64,000 nt of DNA, taken from assembly GCA_000182565.2 (NCBI GenBank), contig KQ257457.1; one strand, written 5' to 3'. The notes under the pieces are model-generated. The model ran no database searches and had not been told where the DNA came from. It was given only the letters and a program-made list of their open reading frames with translations. The DNA is from Spizellomyces punctatus DAOM BR117. Its lineage: Eukaryota. Made by a program: the position numbers and the translations under genes. This document shows positions 10,801 to 22,142 of this stretch, one piece after another (positions within the stretch are counted from its first letter, which is position 1; each line of letters begins with the position of its first letter).

Positions 10801-12390
10801 ACCACAACAGTAGCTGAAACAACAATCTCAACCGTCATCGATGAGACCACCATCATCTCCACTATTGAACCTACTACAACAGTCGAGCCCACTACTACGG
10901 TCGCTGAAACAACAACCGTCGTTGATGAGACCACCATCATCACAACCGTGGAACCTACCACAACCGTTGAGGAGACTACCACTACGACTGTTGAAGAGAC
11001 TACTACCGTTGAGCCAACCACAACCGTTGAGCCCACAACTACTGTAGCTGAGACCACAACTGTTGAGCCCACTACGACTGTTGAGGAGACCACAACCGTT
11101 GAGGAGACTACTACCGTTGAGCCAACCACGACCGTAGCTGAGACTACTACCACGACTGTTGAGGAGACCACGACGGTTGAGCCAACCACAACTGTTGCTG
11201 AGACCACAACTACCACCGTAGAGGAGACCACAACTGTTGAGCCCACAACTACAGTTGCTGAGACCACCACAGTTGAGCCCACCACGACTGTTGAGGAGAC
11301 TACAACTACAGTTGCTGAGACCACAACCGTTGAGCCAACCACGACCGTAGCCGAGACTACTACCACGACTGTTGAGGAGACTACCACCGTCGAGCCAACC
11401 ACAACCGTGGAGCCCACAACTACCGTAGCTGAGACCACAACTGTTGAGCCCACTACGACTGTTGAGGAGACCACAACTGTTGAAGAAACCACCACCGTTG
11501 AGCCTACTACCACAGTAGCCGAGACCACCACGGTTGAGCCCACTACGACTGTTGCTGAGACCACCACTGTTGAGGAGACTACTACCGTTGAGCCCACTAC
11601 CACAGTAGCTGAGACCACAACTGTTGCTGAGACTACCACGGTTGAGCCCACCACAACGGTTGAAGAGACCACCACGGTTGAGCCCACTACCACAGTAGCT
11701 GAGACTACCACAGTTGCCGAGACCACCACCGTTGAGCCCACCACAACTGTTGAAGAGACCACCACGGTTGAGCCCACTACCACAGTAGCTGAGACCACCA
11801 CGGTTGCCGAGACCACCACCGTTGAGCCCACCACAACTGTTGAAGAGACTACTACTGTTGAGCCTACTACCACAGTAGCTGAGACCACCACGGTTGAGCC
11901 CTCCACAACTGTTGAGCCCACTACGACTGTTGAAGAGACTACCACAGTTGAAGAGACCACCACCGTTGCTGAGACTACAAGCGTTGAGCCCACAACAACC
12001 GTCGACGTCCCAAGCACAACAGTTCAACCCACAAGCACAATGGACGCAACAACAACCTCAGCACTCCCGAGCCCCGCCGAAACCAACAGCCCAACTCCCT
12101 CCTCTGAACCAAGCCCATCCACCTCCCCAACCCCAGAACCAAGCGGAACTCCAACAGGAACCTACATTGGAGCCGGAGTAGGAGCAGTAGCAGCCCTAGG
12201 AGCAGCCGGAGCAGGTGCCTTCTTTTACAAATCCCGAACATTCTCGAGTGCAGTCTCGAATGCTGCGGCCGGTGGTAACGCTTTCACGAACGCTCAAGCC
12301 AACCCTCTCTATGCTTCGCCTCACACAATGTACGAGAACCCGCTCTACCAGCCCAGAATTGATGTAGATGCAACGGATGGGGCGATTTGA
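7817..12390 (+). CDS. Type I membrane protein: signal peptide, vWA (MIDAS) domain, Thr-rich mucin-like stalk, TM helix, tail with two NPxY motifs (integrin-beta/Sib-like adhesion receptor candidate)
   Basis: Exon 1 7817-8155, GT-AG intron 8156-8229, exon 2 from 8230 in frame with ORF 8308. Hydrophobic N-terminus; DFLFLIDASGSM (DxSxS); EASFEAL..WRSGVTKSVIMATD; KVPT/VEPT/VEET/VAET repeats across the N-gap; YIGAGVGAVAALGAAGAGAFFY; NPLY at 12301 and 12337. Joining across the gap is inferred from the same repeat family on both sides. Confidence 0.85.
9229..9540 (+). repeat. Coding tandem repeat, 57-bp unit (KVPTTTTTTTTVPTTTTTT), about 5 near-identical copies
   Basis: accaaggttcctaccacgaccactactacgacaacggtcccaacgactactacgaca recurs with a 57-nt period. 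Confidence 0.93.
9640..12005 (+). repeat. Coding minisatellite of 18-24-bp units (VEPTTT/VEETTT/VAETTT), interrupted by an assembly gap
   Basis: Seen directly in the translations of ORFs 8308 and 10573; N-gap at 10420-10570. Confidence 0.9.
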
Positions 12391-12718
12391 TCAAGTAAGG
12401 GTTTAGATAGATTGGTAGTTTTTAGTTTTCGTTAGGTTTTTTTCTTTTTGTTTTCTTTCTAGTTTTTGTTTGTTTTTTTTTGGTGGGGAGGTTCTTTTTT
12501 TTTTTAGTATAGGGTAATGGATATTTAGGACATTTTTTCGATAGAGCTGTTTCTTTGGGATTGTTTATTATCATTTTTAGGTACTTTATGGAATAACATT
12601 TGTTCCTCATTTTGAGGAGTTGTCCATATGCTTTGATTCCTTTGCGTTGTTTGTGGTTTTTATATGGTGCGTTGTTTGTGGTTTTTATATGGTTTTTGGG
12701 ATTTAAGAGATGGCACTG

Positions 12719-13065
12719 TGAGGTGGTCGATTGAACGTGGATCATCTTGAACTGAATGGACTGCAGAGCCATCCGCCTCCTCAAGCACGTAGAAACGACA
12801 AAAGCACTGTACTGCAAGTGGGCAATTTGGATTTGCAGAGATATGCAGGCGGAGGGTGGGCTGGTTCTGCATCTCGTTCTTCCGTCATGAGGTGATCGAT
12901 TGAACGGGATAATCTTGGATTGGATGGACTGCACACTCTTGCCAGGGATGTTACCGCGTCGTCAAGCACGTAGAAACGGCAAAAGCACCATGCTGCAAGT
13001 GGGCAATTTGGATTGCCGAGATATGCAAAAGGGGGGTGGACAGGTTCTACATCTCAGTTCTTCCG
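12719..13065. repeat. Diverged direct tandem duplication, two ~170-bp copies (12719-12884, 12888-13065)
   Basis: Both copies start tgaggtg.tcgattgaacg, share tcaagcacgtagaaacg.caaaagcac and ctgcaagtgggcaatttggatt, and end catctc.gttcttccg. Confidence 0.88.
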
Positions 13066-13411
13066 CCAAGGTCTTTTAAGCATCAAACGGCGAAAGGCAA
13101 CGGTGATAGAGGTGGTAAATTATCCAAGTGGAACGAACGAGGAGACATTTGGTATTCATCGTTATTTCAGTCTTTCAGCCAAGATAGCCTACAGTAAATA
13201 CTTGTTCCCAGAAAACCCAGGAGAGAAAATGGCCAGTTCAAAATACCGATAAATCCATTAGACAAACTATATTGAATTCCTAGCGCAACAGGGTAAACGC
13301 TCCCCCAATTCAACAAAAAAATAAAATAAAAAAGAACAAAACCAGCCCTCAAAGAGCCGAAAAAGCCCAATTTCTGCAAAAGAAAGAGAACGAAATCAAC
13401 TACACAAAGAT

Positions 13412-13904
13412 TTATTCAGATTCATCTTCTTCGTCCTCATCATCGGCTGCAGCAGTTTCGCCAGCCTGATACGCCCTCAGATCCTTTTCATATCGGATCT
13501 TGTCATTTTCAGCCTTCTTTTCGTAGAGCTGGTTGGTAGTTGATAAAAGCAGAAGTCATCAGCATTCCTTTTGTAACATTGTAATAGTCAAACACTACAT
13601 ACCTGCTTGTCAGATTGACTAATCTCTTTCCATTCTTGACCCAACAACTTGCCGATCTGGCCTGAATGGAATTTGCAGCATGAGGAAACAATTTGCCATC
13701 GTCCTGCAGTATCAAAAACAATCACATACCAAAAGTAGCGTCCGGGTTCTCCTCCTTTATTCTTGCCCTGTTCTCCTGCGAGAAGAAGAAAAAGGCGGAA
13801 AGAGGTTTCTTGGGTGCATTGGGATCCTTCTTTGCCCGTGTCTTCCGACCGGTCGCAGCCTTCTTGGAGGCCTTTTGGTCCTTTGCTTTAGCTTCCTTGG
13901 GCAT
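13412..13904 (-). CDS. NHP6: Nhp6-like single HMG-box chromatin protein
   Basis: Exons 13904-13730, 13661-13603, 13528-13412. [70 protein letters not shown], then an acidic tail. Confidence 0.93.
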
Positions 13905-14206
13905 ACTAGAGTGTGTATACAAGCCTTGTCTTGTTGTCTGTGCGCGATCACGCGGTGGATCTTGGCCGATGCGAGATGTACAGTCTGGTTGAAGTTGGCC
14001 GTGTGGGAAACGCGTTTCTCGTAGGAGAGCAGCAAGCAAGCAACGCAGTGGGCGAGGAGTGAAAGGGGGGGCCGTGCGTGGGCGCTTCTGCGTGAGAAAA
14101 CGAAAGGCCATTGGACCATTTCCATAAATAGACAAAAGGCGCATTTTCATATATCTTTATATGGATATATTGTATTAGGTAAGCATTCGGACTTTTGGAC
14201 TTACGA

Positions 14207-14256
14207 GATGACGGTTGGGATGATGACGGTTGGGATGATGACGGTTGGGATGATGG
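14207..14256. repeat. 15-bp tandem repeat (gatgacggttgggat) x3
   Basis: Seen directly, in the NHP6/RGS divergent intergenic region. Confidence 0.85.
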
Positions 14257-14937
14257 GGTTATGGCACAATGCAAGGATAATGGAACAATAACAATGCAAG
14301 GATGGGGAATGGATTCAAGTAGAACTGGCCTTTTGCCATGCTGGTAAACAGTGGCAGGATGCGTAAGGTTCATGTCTAGCTTGTATGTCTCACACATACA
14401 ACACATACGGCAGCTGGTTGGTGACCGGACGCCTTTGACATTGAAGCAGAGTTAACCTTTTGTATTTTGGCGTTATGCATGCTGTAAAATATACAAGAGG
14501 TTTTTGGATCGGATAGAGTTCCATTGATATAGGCCCCCCGTTTCCGGACAACTGCATGCATGTTAAAACATCCTGAATAATGGGATCTGTCGAAGCGTGG
14601 AGCCGAGGCAAAATCCCAGCGGCCAATTCGGGCTCTTTCTAGATCCTAGGCTGAGAAGCCATAACAAACGCTCCAATTTTAGGTACAGAAATCCCTGGGC
14701 GACTCCATCGAGCTTTGCATTCATAATGTACCTATATTTGACTTGGACCTTACATCGTGTTGGTTTTTGGCGCTTCCACCCAAGCAAAAGTTCCGGTGGC
14801 TCCTATTCCTCGTAGACAAGTCGACCATATTAAAAGCTGGTTTAACAGCGCTTGCTCAAGGTCCTGTGTGACCATAACCCAACAAGGTTCAAAAGCACTC
14901 TTCCGACTTTAGAGCCAGCCGCCCAAATTGAGACAGA

Positions 14938-15921
14938 ATGATGCACCCTCAGACCAAGAACAAGTACAAAATCTCGTTAACAGCGGTGTTGAACGATGAG
15001 TACGAGAGTCCTTTCTCCCTATCAGATTTTGAGAAATTCGTTCAAAAGGAACATTCAGAGGTATTTATCAGGCTGGAAAGGCGGGTTAGGCTGGATATAG
15101 ACATACGAGCTCGCAAGGACCAAGGAGGAGAACGTTATGGCAAACGCGGAACGGGAGTGTTTGGTATAGACAGAATCGGAGGTCCATACTCTATAGATTT
15201 GACGTGGACGTGGGGTTCCACGTCGGGTAAAATGAACAAAAGTCGCTATCAACCAAAAAACTCATCAAAAATACTCCTCATCATTAGGAAAACCTCGCAT
15301 TCTGGCACTCTATAATGCGATACCGGGAAAACGCCTCAAAGGTCTTTCAAAACTGTCCCAGTACCCTTCGCACCCGTCGAACGGGCTCCCACAGCTCAGT
15401 ACGAAGCATGTCCTCTGTCTTCAACTCAACGGCATCCCTCCAAAACCGAACAGCAACAGGCAGTGTACACGGATCTGAAGAACCACTTTCAGAGGACAAG
15501 GAAAGGGAACTAGCCGCCCTCAAAGATGAGATTGAAATGATTGTAACATTGTACATGATGCCTGGAAGTGATAAGGAAGTGAACCTGCCAGCTGCAATTC
15601 GCAAAAAGGTGCTGGTAGATATCAACGAAAAGAAAAACTATCATCCAGATGTTTTTAAACATGTCTTGGAACATACATACATGATGGTGAGTTTTTTCAA
15701 TGATTGTGATTCCCTTTCAAATATATTCCAGTTTCTCATACATTCTTATTTGTTTACAGATGAAAACATCAACGTATCCAAACTTTTATCGGCACGCTTG
15801 TCACTACCTTCAGCAAAAGAACCTTCCATTCCCCGAGAAACGCCCTCAAGAGAGGGAGTCTGCTGCAGCGGTAGCAAAGGACGTACCAGCACCGCAAAGA
15901 GATAGTGCTACGGCTCAGTAA
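14938..15921 (+). CDS. Small RGS-domain (regulator of G-protein signalling) protein
   Basis: Exons 14938-15060, 15288-15686, 15760-15921 join in frame. DFEKFVQKEHSEENLAFW...EVNLPAAIRKKV...HPDVFKHVLEHTYMMMKTSTYPNF matches RGS signatures; the domain is split by a Ser-rich insert. Confidence 0.88.
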
Positions 15922-16271
15922 CATGGTGAGAGAAAGGGAATATCTGTGTCGAATAGCAAATATCCATAGTTGATGATGCCCTGAACCCATCGATCCAATC
16001 TATTTCGTGAAATGTGATTTTGGGTTGCTAGAGGTAGATGAGCGGGCCCTTTTTTTTTGTTTACACATAGTGCAACACTCTAGAAAATAAGAGTGAAGTT
16101 GTTGCAACACGACTCTGTTGGTGAACAGCAGGTTTTGACAGCACTTGCAAAAAGAAGATACTCTCCAAGTTTCTTGGTCATGATACATATACATGTTGGG
16201 GACTTTCAAAAAAGTGATCAACAAGGATTTTTCCGTTTAAATACATTTTTTCCCAAAATCTTTATACAGTT

Positions 16272-19200
16272 TTACAGTTCACGATGGCCCGAGTCACCAA
16301 CTCCTTCCGGATCAAAGACCATCACTTGTGTTTCCACCGCCTCCGATGCCATGTTATTACTTGCCGTTACAGTGACGGTCACAGTGGCAGTGGCCGCTGG
16401 AGATGCACATACCGGACATGGTGGGCAGAACACAAGGGGACATTGCTGCTTATTCGTTGGAACCGGTGGGAGTTTGGAGGGAACAGGGCAGATTGATGTG
16501 CTAGGAAATGTCGAGAATGGATCTACGACAAACAACCGGAGGATAGCGCCAGTCAAAAAGGCGATGGTGCCGCACAGGAACAGAAAGGTCAGACTGTAGG
16601 TAGTAGACGTCCATTGTTCACTGTGTTCATGTGCTGTCAAGGGCGTTCGTGACGGCGAATCTTCCACAGAGTGATTTTTTGCGCCAGGTTGATTATGCGG
16701 TGAGTCGACTTCATCGCTTCTGAAAGGGGGCGGTGTTTCCATCTTCATCTCACGTTGAGAACGCAATGATTCCGTCTTTGGACTTGACGCTTCCTGTGTC
16801 GGGAAGACGGTGGCAACGGAAGCCCTTCGTTTTCCAGCAGCGGCTAGATTACTTCGCGGAGACAGTAGGCCAAACGTCCCCCCGGTAGGTAGCTGCTTTA
16901 GTATATCTGGGGACGGCGACGATGATGATGCTGGTAGGCTCGATATGCGCAATGGATGCTGGCAAAGAAAACGTGCCGCAACATAAGACAAGAGAAGAAC
17001 GCTACCGCATTACTAATGCACAGTATACCTTCATTTCGATACCTCCTTCTTCTCCACTGACTAGTGAATGAGAAGATTTTGGGCGTCTGCGACTAAACAA
17101 GAAACTCCCGTTGAGAATGTTTTTGGCGGATGCAAGAGGAGTTTGGCCCGCAGACCCCGCCGCCTCGGCCGTAGCCCCTCCAGTGACACTCGATCGAGCC
17201 GTTCCAAAGGACCCTCGACTACAGAGAAAACGTAAGGGTTCGACATATTTCAAAAAGCAGCGCAGGACAATGGCCAACCAACCTAATCTTCTTTCTAAGC
17301 CTCTCCTTTTCCCTCGCACGCAAATCCGCATCGCCGTGCTTGCCTATATGTACTCGTTTGTTGTTTACCATGACCGTAAAAGTATTCTCGCCTCCAACAG
17401 CAGACGACAGCATGCCAGCCACACCAATCTTCTTGGAGCTGGACGCCACAACACGAATCGCACCCGCAAAAGCACAAATGTCCGACGCCGGAACTGGAGA
17501 GTGTCCACGCCGATGCACAGATTCCCACTGACGTATAGCAGACCGAAGCACTCGGACCTTGATCGAATGCTTCGTCACCTTGTTCTTTGGTGTAACCTTT
17601 GTCGTGGCATTACGGGCTCCTAATCCATCTCTCTTTCCTTTCGCATGTAGCCCAGCCCCTCCAGCGGATTCACTTCCAGATTCATACCCGGTACTCTCAG
17701 TCCCGCCATTAGAGCTACCAACGCTATCAGACAATGATGTTGGAAAATGCGTTGCGGAGTGAGTTGGTGGTGGTAAGATTTCGGCAATGTCAATTTTGAA
17801 GATTCTGNNNNNNNNNNNNNNNNNNNNNNNNNNNNNNNNNNNNNNNNNNNNNNNNNNNNNNNNNNNNNNNNNNNNNNNNNNNNNNNNNNNNNNNNNNNNN
17901 NNNNNNNAGGCACAGACTTTACGCCAGCTTCAGACAATTTGGCAGTTTCCCACTTGACGTGATAGCCTGAAGGGTATCTGACAAGATCCACGATAATTTC
18001 CAGCATGAGCGGCGGCTCTTCCAGGTCTTCGGATTCAGATTCTGTGCCTGTACCAGGAGCATCCATCTCCATGTGAAACGTTTCGCTTCTTTGTGGGTGA
18101 TCCGCCAACCTCCCACCTCTTTTCGCGCGACTGGTTTCCGTCCAACCAGATCCAAACTCGAATTCAGCAACAAACTCGTTGCTGCCGTGATCAAAGTCCT
18201 GACTAATCACCCGCAACTTTTCGTGCCGCTGCTCTCCATGTGAGATTTCATCTCGAGCGAGTAATCCAAGAACGTATGGTGGGATTCCATGGCTCTTCAA
18301 ATACGCCTCCACATTTGCGGGATCTTTGGGTGCGCTTCCGACCATGAAGCCATAAATAGCCTGCGGAACCGAACCCCCCAGGTCTACTTGGTAGTACACA
18401 GTGGCTCTTGTAGACGGTATTGGGTGCTGCTGCGTGGCTTCGTACGGATCTATGGGTTCAAGAATCCATCCACCGATTGCAAGTGTCCCTCTAACCTTGG
18501 ACCCTGCCTCTGCAGCAACGGCAGAAAGTATCTCAGGGGATAAGAGTGATTCAGGGACGCTAGTAGCCGCAGTGGCAATCGTAGGTGATGATGTGTTTGG
18601 ATGGATGGAAATGACTTTATCAGCTGATATTGTAAGGAGATCCCGTCGGCTTGTTTCAACGATTAGAAAGTATCAGCGGCCGGCACGCAGATCATATGGC
18701 GTACATGTACTAGTAATTACCTCATGGGGAAAAATCCTTTCATCGTCAAGTATGCCACACGGGTACTCTCTCCACAATACTGCATCTGTTTTCCGTCTTC
18801 CAACAAGTCGTCCCCTAAAATGACAAACTCTTATTAACCAATCGCGCAAAGAATATGAATTCATTTTCATACATACAAATCTTGCGACACCCAAACGCTT
18901 TGATCACGGAAAAGACTTCCTCTGGAGCGAACCCTTCAACCACCTTGGTTCCTCGCATGATAGGCATTTGACCAATTGCCGTGGGTGTCTTGCGGTGAAT
19001 AGATAGTCCAGAGCGTAGTGCCGATACCAGCGTCCAATCACGCGTGGATTTATGCAGCTGCAATAGCTTCCCCAAAGCAGCGTTGCCAGCCCCTCTGAGC
19101 TCCTTATCCTTATCAACCGTCGGTATTGGTTCAGGCACTACAGCAGGGCTGAGAACGCTTGGCATTTCTGCCGAGAGCCCTTCTTCAGCTTCCGCGTTAT

Positions 19201-22142
19201 CTTGCGCCTGCGCCAAGTCAGTTAATGAAGACCAATTCCCTAGTCCTCCTGGTACGAGGGCTGACATCGAAAGACGTCCTGCTGGAGATTCCCACCCCAG
19301 ACTTTTGGTGGGGAAGCCCACCGGTGAATGGGAACGCGGTGTCGGAATGGATACGGGAAGTGAGCCCACAACCAGCCCTCCAGTATCAAAAGCCTCTGAA
19401 AATTCATTGACTTCTACCGATTGTCCATTAACCAGTATTCCGCTTCCTGGCAGCCCCTTTCGAACTTTTACGACAGTTTCTGCGTCTTGGGGGCGTTTGA
19501 CACAAAGGATTGCCCCGTCATCCCCGTACTTTCCGCTTTTCCGAACGCTGACATCAACCTTGCACGTTCCCGAAACAGCTTCGACGTCGACATTGCCCCC
19601 AGACCATGTCTTGAGGTCTACTCTGATTCTCAGATATCGATCTTGGTCTAAATCCGCGGTGTTTACGTCTCGCTGTTTGGGGGTTACCGCGAGTTCATAT
19701 TGGCCCTTCTCATGTGAATAATGTACCCGGCTGATCTCACAACTTCCCAATCCTCCAATCACATAAGGTGGAGACCCAAATCGCTTCAAATAATCTACAA
19801 CAGCTGCAACCGTTAACGGAAGCTGGGTTGACACTGCGCTGATGAGTGATGATGGTATCCACCCTTTCGGATCAAACTAAAAAACCCATGAGACCGAGGA
19901 CTTATAACTAGTAATCTGCGAGTCTATTACCTGGATAATGTGTGTAACTTTGATTGTCTCATCAGATAGAGCTTCAATATCCCATCCAGCAATATCAACG
20001 TGCGCCCGAACATTTCCATTCTTAACAGGCGGCAGGATGGGATCATCCGTAACTGATCGTACAAGGCTCTGTATTCGGCTGTCTCCTGTAACAATTGTAC
20101 TCACTACCGTTGCATCTCGAGGGCTTGAAAAGACCAATAAACAGAGATAGTCAATATATGATTTCCTTTAGGCGCGTCTTTGTCAAGCGACCAACAGAAC
20201 AACACTAACCTTGTTGGCCATACTCCCTTGTTCATGGCATGGATTATAAAGGAATTTGCAGAGAGCTGCTCAACAATGGTATCATTTTCAAAGTTGGTAT
20301 CCCCTGTGCATAAGGATGTTGGTAATTAACGCAGAAAAACATGCCCTGAGATCCGTCTGACGTACAGATTTTGCGAGCCCCGGCCGTCTGCACTACAGCA
20401 ATGATGTCCCATATACTCTTAACATCTGTGACAGGGTAGATTCCAACCCCTTTCAGAATTCCAGTGGGATGGTCAGGAAGGTCAGGGACGTCTTTCTTGA
20501 ATATGGAGACATCCTTTTGGGTCGAAACGTGTTTGAACGATTCATCGAAAAGAAGATTATTGAATAGGTCAAATGCTCGAATCACAGACTCCCCAAACCG
20601 GTGAGGATATATGGGAAGCGAGATGCCTGACGTTTGAGACACGTGCGTTGGAACACATGAAACTTCGCCCTCCAGTATCAAACTCGCGGACCTCCGGAGT
20701 AACTCTGCTCCCATCGAAGCTGAAGAGACCAATTGGTCGTCGCTCCCACCATCAAGATCACCATTCTCATCAAGGTCATCTGCCTGTCCATGCCGGATGA
20801 TGCCCTCTTCTATAGGGGCAGGGTTCATTTCAATAACAGAAATGGCAGCTCCATTGACTGTGACACCAGGCACCTCCGTATGTGAGAGACGTAAACTAAA
20901 TGCTGCGTGTACCCGGTCGTCATCACCCGCACATGATATCTTCCATCCACCCTCACTGTCAATGGCGACCTCAACGGATATTTCACTTGTCGATCGCCCG
21001 TTTGCCTCAAACTTCAAGTCCAGGCCCTCTCCCGCTTTGACCCATCTGCGATAATCTATTCGAATCTCGACCATGGGCTGCACAAATGAGCTACCGCTTG
21101 ACACAATAGATGTGCCTGATTGCCCCAGATGAGAGAAGTTTGGCTCGCTTGGAGTTGATGCATCCAGTACCTCCCATTGTAAGCCATACGTCCCATTTTT
21201 AAGGTCATAGGTTTCTCCCAGTGGCCTAACATAGGAAGCGTAATCTAGGATATACGGAAGAAACCCTTTATTTCGAAGATGATCTGCGGCAGCTCCCACT
21301 GAACGCGGTATCTGGTTGACTACAATCTCGCAATCACTGGCAGGACCAAAGCCGGTGTCGGGTGTCGTATCCAGCATACAAGTGATCTTTAGCCCGTCCC
21401 ATTCTGCGGCTCGCTCTACCACCCATGCAAATAGGTTGATCTGGCCACGGATGTAAGGAAGGACCGCCTTCATCCAAGCTGGAGAGTCTACCGAGAATGG
21501 AACAGACGTTGATAGAGAAACAAAGGTAGTGGAAGTTGCGACTGTTTGTGTGATTACGATAAAATCGCGAGCGCTGTATGTATCAAATCTGTTCATGATA
21601 CGCACAACCTTGACAAGAAAAATATTTGGCTCAAGTTCAAACCTGGATAGCATCTTACTCATCGTCAATCGTTGCAAGGACGTTCGCGCATCTAAGCGTT
21701 CCATGACTTCAACTTCATCAAAAATGGAATCCCCTGTAGATAGCAAAATCAGGCTTGAGCGCGTTACTTCTTTTTTCCAGTTGCCACTTACAAGGTCTTC
21801 CCGAGGATCCACTGAGAACGGCACCAAAATTGCGAGGTCGTAGGGCGATTCCATCTTTACCATCCAATACTCGTGCGACTACTTTGAACGACACACTAGA
21901 TGTACTCGCTCGTCGATATACTCGGAAGCTCTGGAGGCCTTCCACTGCCTCTTGGCCATCTACAGCCTGCTGTTGCCAATTTGAAGCCGAAATGAGCGTC
22001 CGATAGAGATCATGGGCACGTCCAAGAAGGTCAGCATGCGTTCTGGATGGTGAACTGAGGCCAAGGGCATCACGTAAAATAAACAAACACAAGGTCAACG
22101 CAAGTTCAATTGGGAGTTATAATATACATTAACCTACGACAT
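16272..22142 (-). CDS. Large multi-exon protein with three START-like lipid-binding domains and a C-terminal TM helix
   Basis: 5-nt first exon ATGTC|gtaggt at 22142-22138 splices to give MSSPSRTHAD. Three repeats of a W/FD...RD...VRG/A.....GW..E...qvD.gG START pattern, each followed by G.(P/L)PY(V/I). TM segment SLTFLFLCGTIAFLTGAILRLFVV near the C-terminus. Spans the N-gap 17808-17907. Confidence 0.75.

Noticed and set aside
9039-12027. Long Val-rich minus-strand ORFs (389, 541 and 399 aa)
   Set aside because: They are antisense shadows of the Thr-codon repeats, which lack stops on the opposite strand.
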